The notes under the pieces were generated by a model. The model was not told where the DNA came from, searched no databases, and saw nothing but the letters and a program-made list of their open reading frames with translations. Made by a program: the position numbers and the translations under genes. DNA of 64,000 nt from Phyllobates terribilis (lineage: Eukaryota): positions 175,770,001-175,834,000 of the forward strand of contig NW_027362765.1 of NCBI RefSeq assembly GCF_046119375.1, in the 5' to 3' direction. Below are positions 12,988 to 26,615 of this stretch, piece after piece (position 1 is the first letter of the stretch; each line of letters opens with the position of its first letter).

Positions 12988-13077
12988 CTTAGCAGACTCT
13001 GAAGAGCAAACCACTAGCAGACATCATATATATCCACTTCCAGCGCAATCAATAGGCAGCGAGTCCTCCCTGGCAGC
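12988..13077 (-). other. hoxb3: Non-coding 5'UTR exon of hoxb3 (90 nt)
   Basis: Acceptor CCTCATGCTTCTCGCCAG|G at 13077 and donor AAG|GTAAGC at 12988. HOXB3 is known to have non-coding upstream exons. Confidence 0.6.
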
Positions 13078-16000
13078 CTGGCGAGAAGCATGAGGACACG
13101 GGCAAGGGGGAGAGAGGCTCCTGGAGAAGGCAGAGCTGGGAGAAGATCCGTGCTAATCTCAGGGCTTTCAATGGACAAGCTGAAGCTTCAGGCTGCCCTA
13201 TACACCGCCCTACTCTCCCTGCTAACAATGGCCTCAGCTCTTCAGCTTGTTCCAGCAGCAGAAACCGTGCGTTCCCCAGCCAATATCATCCAATGTGCCA
13301 GCAATAAGGCGACGAGATAATTACACCAAAAATCACCATTTGCTTTTTACACCACAAGTCATCGGCTGTTAATGCTCTAAACACAGCGTCACCACTGAGG
13401 GATTATGCTAATTACAGACGTGGACAGAGGCCTAGTCTTGGAAGGAGCAGGAGCTTTCTCTTCTACTGCTCAATTAGGTGCCAGTCTATGCTAATGAACC
13501 ATTTGAACTCACCTACGATGGCTCTTACAATCTGGTTTCCTTTTTTTTTTTCCATCCAGGGCGTCTAGTTGTTTTCACAGCCATTGCAGTTTAACCCCTT
13601 CACCTCCACTGGGGCACGCAATGCATTACCCAACAATGCTTAGCAGGTGAAAAGGGCAATGAAAGGGTCAATCTACAGTGTTCTCCCCCTCCCCTGGGAT
13701 ATAATATAGAAATAAATTAATAATGCACATTATTGATGCTGTGACACATTCACCTATCACACAGTATTACGGAATATTTCTCTACATCCTGAGTTTTTAG
13801 TGGCAATACCTGGCCTAGTAAGGAGGTGTGAGCAGATAGGAAAAATACAGATCACACACACATAAATACATGCATACAGTTCGAGAACTATCATAAGAGG
13901 GGAAAGAATTCCTTGCAGTTGTAGTGTGTGGTTCCTGGAGATCTCATTTAGCTTTATATAGCGCTCCCTGGAGTCTAACCCTTTCATTACCACATGCCAG
14001 TAAACAACTCACTGAATGTGGGAACTGACTGCATGTGTGGAGGTGTCTGCATGACAGCAGAGGTGTGTGCACCACCTGGCCTGGCTCAGATGGGTCCCTG
14101 TTTATTTTCCTGCTGTGCTATATCACTTACAGCACCAAAATGTACTTTACATGAAAAAGTGGTTTTCGGCAGTCCCCTTTGATATAAATAGATGTCCATT
14201 TAGAATTTTGTCACTATGCTCAGCAAATACATTCCAGCACTGGACATATGGAGGCTATTCTTTATTTATGTATTTATTTCAAATGATAGATGTTAAATAT
14301 ATAATTGGATAGATAGACAGATGCNNNNNNNNNNNNNNNNNNNNNNNNNNNNNNNNNNNNNNNNNNNNNNNNNNNNNNNNNNNNNNNNNNNNNNNNNNNN
14401 NNNNNNNNNNNNNNNNNNNNNNNNNNNNNNNNNNNNNNNNNNNNNNNNNNNNNNNNNNNNNNNNNNNNNNNNNNNNNNNNNNNNNNNNNNNNNNNNNNNN
14501 NNNNNNNNNNNNNNNNNNNNNNNNNNNNNNNNNNNNNNNNNNNNNNNNNNNNNNNNNNNNNNNNNNNNNNNNNNNNNNNNNNNNNNNNNNNNNNNNNNNN
14601 NNNNNNNNNNNNNNNNNNNNNNNNNNNNNNNNNNNNNNNNNNNNNNNNNNNNNNNNNNNNNNNNNNNNNNNTAGTGAACTGCATGTGGTCTGGTACATGT
14701 TATAATGTGAAAAAAAAAGATATAAGACTGACAAACACTGCTCATATGCCAAAATAAGATCATAGTTCAAAGTATGCAGTTAATCAGGGTCATGGTAAAA
14801 TAATGTATATTGTATGTTGCATTGTAGACCATACTAGTTTTAACATGCATAGTAAACATGTCATCCTGGGATAAATATATAAATATAATCTATAATATAT
14901 ATCATATCCCAAATAGTATATATACCGAAACACTATTGGTGAGTGCAAATAAAAATTAAAAAGTTGTGATGTTGCCTATGACAACTGGTCAAGTCTCTTT
15001 CACTTTCCTATAAGTGTTGGAAAAAAATGAGAACTGAAATCTGATTGGTTACTATGAGTAATTTCACTTATGGTGCTGTACATACACTTTGATTAATAAA
15101 ATGTGATGCATTAACTATCTATCTATTTGTCCATTTATCCAGCTCACTCATTATCTTCTCATACATTGTGGTAGTATTTGACACTTTACTATATACATCA
15201 GTGATATTTGATATAAGCATGGTCATGTATGTCACATGGCTGTATGTATGTATTTGATAACACATTGTAGTATATACAAAGCACTTCAAGTGCCCATAAA
15301 CGTCTGTAACATACATCAAGTACATCCTATATACATCTTGAAAAGTAAAACGTTGAACAGATGGAGAAGTGTGGCCTGTTGCAGCTTATTATCCACTCAT
15401 GTGACCAGTAGTTACTGTCACCTCATAAGTGTAAAGTATTTGACACTTGAGTGACTTAGTCCCAAAATGATTGTCAAGTGGAAGTGGCTATCATTGACAA
15501 ACAATTTGTCAGGTACAATTCTGTGTGGGTTTTCCTGGCTCTCATTGGCCTGTCAGGTATAAAATATCATTGAAAGACTAAATTTTTTAAGTGTTTCCAT
15601 TATTGTATTAAATTAGCGTCCTGAAATTGTCTATATATCTCCATCAGTTTATTCACACGAACTATATTGTATTTATAAAGTCATATAAATCAATATAATA
15701 TTAATTACCAAAGAATTGGACTTACCAGATTAACAGTCGTGTCCAATAAATATCAAACTTCAAAAATAATGAACAGGAGCAGGTTCCTGTAGAATCAGAG
15801 ACATAAAATTATTAAGTCCTAAGAAATCCCATTGACCAGTTTTATTACTTTGTATCCGTTCATATTACTGTATATGCTGCATATTAAACAATAGTAAGAC
15901 CTGTCCCCAATACCATTGATAAAACACATTCTATGTCCCTTGTATTATTATACATACCAATAGTACACTCTATAGATGTAGGAGAGGAAGCTGAGGCCTA

Positions 16001-17256
16001 AAGTCTATGGGCTTAAGTGGCTCTATAAGACTCGAACTCCAAGCACAAGAGGTGCTAGATGTAATATATTCCGCACAATGGTGTATATTCACTGTGGCAG
16101 GCACGTGGTTCCCTATGACTGGTGTGATATATACCAAATCCCATCTATAATGTTTCTTCAGCCTGTGAGTTACTGGTCTTTAAATATTATTAGCGCACAT
16201 TTATACCGTGCTTAAAACCCTCACAAATCACTGTGACCTCCGCACAGTAAAGCATGGGCTGGTGGCTATATATTCTTTATTACACGTGGCCTTGGCACTA
16301 GGCTACAGAACACATCAGGGCCAGTTAATTATTCATTTTCCTGCTAGATTAAAGGGGGAAGTTATTACTTATGAAGAAAAAAACGAGCTGATTCCAGAGT
16401 CTAGGAGAAGATTATACAATTGTACCAAAATATTCCAATTAAACACCCTTGTATACCTATAATTCCTCAATATCTGACAGCAGAACACTAATATTGTAGC
16501 AGGCAGCCATTAAAATCATAAAACTATACCTAGATGTTTGCATTTACTCACCTTCAGTGGACTAGCTTCACAGACAATTATTGAAGCTTACAAGTTGCTC
16601 TTAGGGCCTTACCCAACCTCCCTCTAAGCTCACCTCTCTGGCAAAGGCCTCATGGCTGGTGACTTGAGATTGGTGGCACATTGATCAAGTGCAGGTCCCA
16701 GATTTCTGCAGTGTTGGTCAGAAAATTGGAACAGAGTTGTTAAGCATCAGGGTGCCAGAAGTTTTATGAGTGTTCTTCCATGTGGCCGAAATGTTGCCTT
16801 TTTCCTTTCATCTCCAGGACCAGGACAATGTCTTGAGGTGGGTGAAAACTCCAGTGAGCTAATCTCAAACAAAGAATGTAGATAAAATTCCAGCTTCTTT
16901 AAGGGTCTACTCTTCAAAGCTCTGCATCTTCTGGAAGCTTGAAGTCCTTTGCTCTAAAGTGATAACCTGACTCTGTACTTTGCTGGAGGGTCTAAAGGGA
17001 GGTGGGTTTGGCTCACACCCACGTTCCATATTAACCCTGCCAAGAGCAGATTCTGGCTGTGTCCCACTCACTTCCACCAGGGATCTGCCACTGTTGATGA
17101 CCAATAATGATTACGGTGTCCTCTAGGGTAAGGTGGCTTCAAGAAGACAGGGGCGAGAATTCAGAGAAAAAGTGAACAAGTCATTCCTGATTTGGAATTT
17201 AAAATTTACCTAAATATTTTCAGAAGCCTTTGAACTGTTATTTATTCTCATCATGC

Positions 17257-17289
<33 letters not shown>

Positions 17290-19607
17290 TACACTTCATC
17301 TTCAATCAATTGTAACTGAAGTGTTTTAAGAATGCTCTGGCTGACTCCTCTCTACATGGTCTTTCTATCTCTCTTCTATATTTTGGAAGTTAATTTTTAG
17401 CCAGACTAGAAGACTTTGTGGTTGTTAATTTTTAACAGAGTATCCATGTTCTTATTGTTATAGTTCTTCTTTGGAAGCTCTCTAACTCATAGGTCACAGC
17501 CTTGACTAGTTTGGATCTCCTAAAAGCGACAAGTATTGACTTTAAATTTCTGGCGTCCCATTATTTGGAGATCATTATAGAAGCCTCACTAGATGCAACA
17601 CACATTTTCACACATCATCATTGTAACTAGTGGATAACGCACAATCTAAAAGCTGTATCTTTATCAAAGACCTAAAACGAAATTATGAGCCTAAATCTAT
17701 TCATGGAAATAATTCATAGCTACCGGGCCGCAATGTCCTTAGCAGAAAACTAGAGATTCACCCTGAACCGAACAATAACAAAGGTAGTTTAAATTTCCTA
17801 CAAAAAAAAAACCTCCATTAATATCAATTTACTTCAATGAAAACTTTGTTTCTTCATCAACTTGAAGATTTATGATAAAATCAATTACATTAAGGTCACC
17901 GAGGACCTTGTGGTTTGTCTCAGATTTCATTCCTGAGCAGATGAACCGCTTGGTAAAAATATTCCACTTAGCTGGAGGCAAAGAGAATAATTCCGAGGCA
18001 AGGGAAATTTAATGGAAGACAATTTTCTACGAAAATATCAAGCTTCGGTTTCATGTTCCTGCTGTATGATGATATTTTTGTACACATGTGCACTGATTTG
18101 CCTCAGGAAATCAGAGAACAGGGTGGAAAAATAGCTTCTGTAAACTTACAATTTTTATGTGGAGTTATTGGGGGCTTTAGAAAATATAAGATTCCTCCCT
18201 TGTTAAAACATAGTATAATATATTCTATGCTTCGAATCATTTCTGCCTCAGAAAAAAATATTTAGACATTTCGTTAGACATCTGAGATCATTTAATATTA
18301 CTATTGATAACGAACTTAAAATATTTACCAAGAGTTAATATAAAATGAAATTTATGTTTTAAATGTTTTCAAACATATGCTTTAAATTCAAATGTTTATT
18401 TGCATATGATTTAAAATGTATTGTATTTTTTAATATTAGAACAGTTGTCCAGAGATGGATGTATGGAAGGAAGGGAGGAAGGTAAGGAAGAAAGAAAAAT
18501 AAAATGGTCGGTTTCTGTTCTTCTTGGAACAAGAGAGGCCTATTGTGTTTGACACTTGTAAATCAAAGATTAACCAGGAACTGCTCTTGTCCACACATTA
18601 GCACTATGCTATTCTATATCCGTTGGTTTGTCCGTTTGTACCTTTGCCAAAAGCTGGAAGGAGGTTAAGGCACAAAGTGACAAATATAACATAAGTGCTG
18701 TATTGGAAACACAAAAAGGGTGGGGTGAGGGGCTGATTTACTAAGTAAAATGTTGCAGAATTCTGACTACCAAGACTCTGATGCACCTGTCTTGTGCCAC
18801 TTTCATTAGGTGGTTTAAATACTCTGCACCTCACTGGACACTTTTATAATAGGGTGTGTGGCTAAGGGTGTTCATAAAGTGAGTCAGATTTACTAAAGGT
18901 GTGCTCTAGTTTTTTGTTGTTTTTTTTAAGTGATCTTAAACGAAACCATCTAATAGCTGGTATAAACTTTAAATATAGAGTAAAAATGCAGCATATCTAG
19001 CAGGAGCCAATGAGATAAATGCGATTAATTTTACTAGGTCTAATATAGTGAGACAGACAACATTTCAAGAACTTCTAATCTAAGATTTTACTGTCTCACT
19101 ATACTAAACAGAATAAGTGAATTTGCCCCAGGCTTCCCAAATGTAAGAACCACATGGCTCCTTGAGAAAAGAAAAACACATACACTTGTATTCAGTTCAC
19201 ACAAATGTGTTGACATGCAAACACACATACCCCACAAGGCAAAAACCACCCACATATACACCGATATGAAAAAAAAAAATCCATTGCACACACTCATAAA
19301 TAAAGACTCACACAGTTTGAAAAATATATGGTTAGGGTTCTCTCATATCACCATCTATTTGCAATATTTATTTTGATTATTGCAATGTGATTTAAAGTGA
19401 AGCATTTTGGCAGCAGTTTGTCCCATTAAAAAAAAAGACATACAAAAAAATCGAGTATGAACATGCCCAAAAATATGTTTACACCGGTTTATGGCTTTTC
19501 TACCCTTTTGTTTGTATTACTCTCTCTTACAGCCAGAATAGTGCATTTTAACCCCTCTACCAGATAAAGGTAAAAATAAAAAAATATGGAAATCTGTCAG
19601 ACCAAAC

Positions 19608-20092
19608 AGACAATGTTCACATCTGTTTTCAGATATTCTCATCCTATTCTGTATCATTGGTAGCAAGAAAAGCACAGTGTTCATTGCTATTCTTATTATT
19701 AAAAATACCAGAGCTCAGAGGGAACCCTAGAGGATCCAATTAAAGTCAATGTGGTTTGTCAGGTATAACCAGAATGCTTTTGTAACAGGACAAATATCTT
19801 TGTACTGTGCTATTCAGTAGAAAAAGAAAATAATCAATGACGAGTGGCAGGCTATGGTAATATCTACTTTGGAACCTCCATCTGGAGCCTCAGTCGCAAA
19901 TTTCTTCCTTTATGAATGGGAAGAGTAGTGCAGTATGCAGCACTATTCTGTTTAATACAGGCACCAGGACAAAGCCCCTACAGACCCCACCATAACTCAT
20001 TGGGCTCCTCTGAGCGCTATTGGTGTCCTTCATGTAACGTATCTGGTACTGAATTGTGGTGAATCCGCAAGGCAGATGTGAACAGAGCCTAA
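19608..20092. mobile_element. Decayed PIF/Harbinger-like MITE remnant
   Basis: Imperfect terminal inverted repeats: AGACAATGTTCACATCTG (19608-19625) versus reverse complement of CAGATGTGAACAGAGCCT (20073-20090), 15/18 identical. The right end reads GCC|TAA, a TWA-type target site. Family assignment is inference. Confidence 0.45.
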
Positions 20093-20658
20093 AATGGAGT
20101 TTGGCAGGATCCTAGATTTGTCTTTGTGTTCACATTTGCATGGTAGCTTTTGTAGCAGATTCCATCACATTTGTTGGGGAAAAAAAATCCTAGTACTATT
20201 TTTTTCTTTTTTTTTTTTTTACCACGGCCACCTTGGCTGACACCAAAAGCACCATCAAAGGGATCTATTGGTATCCATTGTATAATGAATCCAGCATTGC
20301 CTTGTGGTGTCCATTAAACAAAAGCAGCACACATAGACCATATAGACAACAGTTTTGCAATTAAAAAAAAACAAAAAAAAAAAAAAACAAACACCTACGT
20401 TTCAGGATAGAATAAACTTATTATCTGTTCTTCCATGGAATGAACATCTCAATATGTTGGACAAGAGGATATTCAAATCTTATTGTTTCCGCCAAACAAG
20501 TGTTCCATAATTTGGAAGATCAATCCATAGACTGAGGCGATTAAGAGGTGAAAAAAGCCTGTTATACATATGGTATACGCATCAGACACACATACCCCAC
20601 ACAAACTTAATACCCATACAAATCAGAAAGGCTGCATTAGGGTTTGGTTTGTTTTTGG

Positions 20659-20741
<83 letters not shown>

Positions 20742-21891
20742 TTTGTGATATATTTTATTTAAGCAAAAAATGTAGTGGAAACAATACCTTGACAGGTGCT
20801 ATTCATTCCAAATGACTACATGATTGTACAGAAATATATCAGTTCAAAAAGAGGCTAAAATATAGAGCAAGATTAAAAGAAAACTGATGCAAATTTAACT
20901 TATACAATAATTGCCCATCAGTAAAACAAACAAGAAAAATAAAAAAGTAAAACCAATATTGTATACTTTATACACTAGACATTCACAATGACCAACCCAC
21001 CTCCATCACATAAAAACTGCACTCACTACAATCACACCCCACATCACACTTACTGCTGCATAAAACCATCACTCCAGCACTGAGCACTATCTCTATTGTA
21101 ACCACATACCACTCCTTTCATTTAGGTCTTTGACTCCTCAGTTCAATTCTTTGTTTCCCTTTCTATTCTGTCAATATGATGTATATTTTAATTTTCTATT
21201 ATTTATCATGACTTATTAATATACTCTACATGCTTGTAGTTCTTACTTTTTTCCCTCTATACTCCCAACATTGTTTACATTTTTTTATATATCATTATCA
21301 ACACATTTCCACCCATGACCTTACTGTATGAACTATCAATATTAAAAAATCTAAAGAATTGCATAATAATAATAATAACAATAATAATAATCTCTATAAA
21401 AAAAAAAAAAAAAAGAAAGAAAGAAAATAATAAGAAAACATAATGTCTACACTTTATACAAGAAAAATATTGCATCTTTTGGACTCCTCTGGTCAAATAG
21501 CTGGCTTCGGTTATGTTTACATATGATCGTTGAAATATAATGTACATATGATTGTCTATAGGAGGAGTCTTAAATCTTCTCACAAAGGCAATAGCAGTGA
21601 TAACCATATTTTATGTGGATGGTTGTATACTTTTCTATATGGTGTATAATGTTAAAAGTGCATTATAAACATTAGGTCAAAGATTAACTAGAGGGCTTAT
21701 GCAAGGTTAGGGATGTACCACAGTGGGAACTCGAGCTACATTTAGTCTCTCTTTATCTTTATGTGTAATACCTCATAGACCCATAAATAAGTTACCCCAT
21801 ATATATGCATTGTATGTGTAAAACATAAATAGTTAAATAGATGATAGATAAATGAGATAGAGAAATTGTTATTTAAATAGCTAGAATAAAT

Positions 21892-21892
<1 letters not shown>

Positions 21893-21945
<53 letters not shown>

Positions 21946-22010
21946 TGGATGTTCATATATAAACATCTGTTTTAGGAGACATACAAATTCCTGAATTTTA
22001 TAGCACATAT
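21893..22010 (+). repeat. Left arm of an inverted repeat: (GATA)n plus a 50-bp unique core
   Basis: 21960-22009 matches the reverse complement of 24241-24290 at 48/50. Confidence 0.9.
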
Positions 22011-22997
22011 TAATGTACTATAAAATATTCTATATAGATAGATAGAAAATTGCTTCTGGATCTGTCTTAATAGACATAATTACATCTTCTACAATCTCCT
22101 GTCTGTAATGTGTACAATTATTTTTGCAGATTCCTAAACAAAATCTTCCGTTCTCAACCATCCAATGGACTTTTCACCGATTCAACAGAGTCCTGATATC
22201 ATAGAAATGCATAAAATACATCAAATAATCAGTTATTTACTATTTAGGTTCTTTTTCTCCAAAATACATGTCATGTCACTATCACCAAAACATAGCTATG
22301 GTAACTACTCCTCTTTAGGTGACTTGGTTGATCGCTATGAAGTCACCCTGTGCTGATGGGTGTTAGTGTTTCCTCTGCAGCCAGGATACATTTGGTNNNN
22401 NNNNNNNNNNNNNNNNNNNNNNNNNNNNNNNNNNNNNNNNNNNNNNNNNNNNNNNNNNNNNNNNNNNNNNNNNNNNNNNNNNNNNNNNNNNNNNNNNNNN
22501 NNNNNNNNNNNNNNNNNNNNNNNNNCTTTGTTTCTATGCTTTGTCTATGAATACTGTCTACTAATAGTTCATTATATTTCTGCCTAGTTATAGTTCATTT
22601 TTTCCCCTGTGATGAGTGAGGCAGTGCCTATAGTACATAGAGCAGGTAGTGACAGATATCGGGATGGGTATGGTTACATGCTGGTACTTGAGATACCCAC
22701 TTTATTGTCAGTTCTCTCCACACAGGCAGAGCTGCTTATTATTCTTGTGTGTTGAGTCTGTGGAAACCGATGTAGAGTAAACTTTCCTCCTGGCCCCTTT
22801 TCCACAGTTGCAGACTTGCAGGGCGGTAATGTGAGACCCCAGGCCAGCTATGTCCCTTTAACTGCTAATGTAAGGCGAATGGAGGGAAAGCTGAGATTCT
22901 CATCAGAGGCTGATCCTGAGAAATGATTCAGTGCGGACAGCATCATAAACAACACAACTCTCCCACAAACACACAATGCGCTGCGCTGACACCCCTA

Positions 22998-23180
22998 TTG
23001 TCATAAATCAAGGACATTGTATGGGAATAAACCTTAAAACCCTGTCTGATCGGCTCTGTGGGTATAAACACACATAGCTGCGAGTCAGGACGGATGGCAG
23101 GAAATGAAGATCGCTATTTGTCACCATTTACGACAATAACATTAATAAGACACAATAAATTTACATGGACACAGACAGAC
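22998..23180 (-). promoter_or_regulatory. Pbx/Hox/Meis and Cdx-type site cluster next to the hoxb3 distal first exon
   Basis: TGTCATAAATCA (TGATTTATGACA on -), TTTACGAC, CAATAAATTTAC and TAAT motifs are clustered in GC-balanced non-repetitive DNA. Confidence 0.55.
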
Positions 23181-23202
23181 AGAGGGAATCCCCGCTACTT
23201 AC

Positions 23203-23420
23203 AATAATCCAGCCCACGGTGTGGCTCTGATCCCACTTGTTTTATGCCAGCCTCTCTCCCTCTCCCTCTCTCTGCTCTCCTTCTCGGTATCTGCTATAGG
23301 CTGTTCTTTAAGGACAGTTGAATTTCACGTCAGACACAAGGAGACCATGTCTGCGATTTTCCTGACGAATACATATCTATCCTGCAACCTCTGCATTAAT
23401 TATTTAATGAATCACGTGAC
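23203..23420 (-). promoter_or_regulatory. hoxb3 distal (P1-like) promoter and first exon with the shared hoxb3/hoxb4 neural enhancer (CR3-like)
   Basis: E-box TCACGTGAC at 23412-23420, homeodomain sites CATTAATTATTTAATGA at 23394-23410, and donor ATT|GTAAGT at 23203. Position 3' of hoxb4 matches the mouse arrangement. Confidence 0.6.
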
Positions 23421-23692
23421 AGGATAGGGGAGGAGGGGGTCTCACTTCCATACACAGAGGACCACTATGACCTTCCACAAAAACACCGGGGTCTTCTGTG
23501 CTAAGAACTGGGCAACCATATATTAAACATATATAATTATTAATAGCTCAGTTTTCCTGGTGCTGCACAATTGTGATACACATTATAACTAATCTGTGTA
23601 AAAATGTAACATAAATTACCAATATTATCTATCGACAGTATCTACCTACCTATCTATTCATCTCTCTATATGTCTATGTATCCATCTCTTTG

Positions 23693-23747
<55 letters not shown>

Positions 23748-24240
23748 CTATCTATTAATTCACACAACCATCTATCAATCTATCTAGCTTGTGATGTGTA
23801 TAAAACATAATCAATCTATGAATTTAAATATAAGAGATACAGCAACATACAATTTATATAAAAAAATCTTATAGCTTGATGCTCAGTAACGAAATAAAAC
23901 ATTTGCTTTTCATGTGGACACTGACCCAAAAACGCAAAAAAAAAAGCCACAAAGCCAGACATCTGGGTGAGGGCTTCAAAGCATAGGCAGATAAAAGGTA
24001 AAGTTTATATAATGAGAGCGGAGATTGATTTAGGGAATTTAAACAAGCCAGTTTTATTGGGTATCATAAATCTGTCATTGAAGACACAGACTGAGAGAAA
24101 TCTCCGAGTGTCAGCCCTCACTGCAGAACAATGGTGGAGGTATCCCTGCAATTCATTCTGGCTATCTTTTTCCAGCACACTCCTGCTGCATATTTAAAAG
24201 TTGTTAGGTATTTTACTTTAATAAATAATTAATTGCTGAA

Positions 24241-24298
24241 TATGTACTATAAAATTCCGGAATTTGTATGTCTCCTAAAACAGATGTTTACATAAACA

Positions 24299-24378
<80 letters not shown>
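24241..24378 (-). repeat. Right arm of the inverted repeat: 50-bp core plus (TATC)n
   Basis: Reverse complement of the 21893-22010 arm, including the microsatellite tail. Confidence 0.9.
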
Positions 24379-26475
24379 CTTAATATGTATCCATTCCTTC
24401 ATCATCTAAATAAATAGAAATACATATCTACACATATAAATGCATACACATATCTGCTGCTAATTTCCAGACTCATGTACAAAAGTGATTTTGGGGTCTG
24501 TACCAACTCGATTCAATGCAGATTCTGAATTTGGCACTAAAGTTAAGTGACTATGAATATCACTGCATTTTAGAAGCACTAAAATAACAAGCAGTAAGAA
24601 CAATAGATTGGAAATATACAGTGCACAATACCATTCCATATTGTGTTCCATATTCCATGGTATTGTGCATGGTTGTGTGCAGAGGCTCTTTGGCCTCTTA
24701 TACTCACTCCACCTCACCCCACCCCCACACACCTTTGGGGTTCGCATGCAGTTGTCTTGTTCTTTCTATGGAGCTAATGCACAAGCTGTATCCAGCACCG
24801 ATTTGTATTAAAGCAGATGCTGTTTCCAAAATGGAGGTGCTGGAAACGCACAAGCAATTTTTATACAGTTGAGGAGCAATTAGGGATGCATTTTTCTAAT
24901 CCAACAGGTAGAAGAAGTGTAGAAGTATTTGATTGGTTTTGAAAAAAAAAAAGATAAACAGCATGTGTCATTTTATCTTTATGCCTCTTTCACTAATGTT
25001 TATTATTGCTCATTGTTTTTTTTTTTCTATTTTTTTTTCTTGAAAAGCTCAATAAATTTAATGTATTTTCCAATGCGTTTCGGACTCTCTTCTTCAATTT
25101 CAACGTGTTTTTTTTTTTCTCTGCTGCTTGCTTAGAAAAGCAACAAGAAAAAAAAAAAAAGATACCTAGGGAATGCCTCTTTTTGTAAAAAAAAAAATGA
25201 CCCAAAACATAACTCTACCTTTTACATTTCATTATAGACTTTCATGAAATTCCAGGCTGCACTATTTTGTATCAAGAAATAAATGCCAGGATTTTCCTAA
25301 TCCCAGGAAATGTAAACATGTCATTCTCCCCTACATGTCATATGCTCAGATCTATTCTGAATAATACAGATCTGTACATAAGACATCAGAGCATTGTAGG
25401 GTGGCACACAAAAATCCAAGTATTCTGCTCCATAGCACTGAACCAAATTCTACATCACACCTTATTGCCTACTGCATTCAGCCCTCCCATGTGCCAGAGG
25501 CCTCAGGCTATATGAACACTTTTTTTTATAAATACGTTTGAAACCAGACATAAATATATCCAAATTCATGTGTGAAATAACCTATTGTTAAAGACTTAAA
25601 CCAATGTGAGTTCAGTTTTGTTAAATACATACATTAAACTTTTCATTAACACATGCTTTCCACTGTTTCTAAAAAAAAAAAAAACAAACAAAAAAAAAAC
25701 ATCTATGACAATAAACACTAATACTGTGCAACAAAACCTAACATCTGGGTCTAAATAATGGAGCACTACATACATCCAATTTGATTATTGGTATACCAGT
25801 TCTGAGTCCTCAGAAGGCCTCATGCACACAACTCATCTTGTGGGATTATATGTAGCTCCCTTTGTTTGCTCCATAAAAGGGTTCAAGTCAGTACGTAGAC
25901 AAAGCCTGCTTCCTTGTTATATCATGTTTTGTCTATGCATAAATACATTAGCCGGAGTCCAAAAACACTACCAAAGAAGTAGCATTGGATAAATATAGGA
26001 TAGAAATAACACCAAAAAGTGAACATACTGATAGAAACATTTCACTGGATTAAGCAATAATCCCACAATCTCTTTTCTCGTATTTTATTTTCTGTCCCAG
26101 TGTATAGGGACCATGCAAGTGCAAAACCAGACACCCTGCAAAAATGGTGAAAAAGTCCACTGTATGTTACATTTACAATACAATTGGACCATAGTAGTTG
26201 GAGTGTGCACACTTACATACAGAGCTACAGTGTGGTATTCTTATTGTAGCATATTTGTAAGAACAGGGTTAGGGGGACAAAAAGGCAGAGATCAGATATG
26301 AAGAAGTCAATCAGACAGTCATATACAACACTCACAGAAACAGATCGCTGCTCTGGAGATATTCCTGAGTTCAGATGTGAGTCGTGTGCCTTATAGGAGA
26401 TGTTAAATCCCACACTGTCCAGTCTCACAAAGGTCACAGGGCTTCCTGGGTCATTCCCTGTTCATCACACTGGTT

Positions 26476-26492
26476 TGGCCTGCAGATGAACC
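26476..26492 (-). promoter_or_regulatory. DR5 RARE 3' of hoxb4 (ENE-like)
   Basis: + TGGCCT-GCAGA-TGAACC = GGTTCA tctgc AGGCCA, about 3 kb 3' of the hoxb4 stop. The mouse ENE RARE is recalled as AGTTCA tggag AGGCCA. Confidence 0.75.
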
Positions 26493-26539
26493 CGCAGCTC
26501 TTTCCTTCCACATTCTTGTTCCCTATTAGTGTGTATATG

Positions 26540-26615
<76 letters not shown>

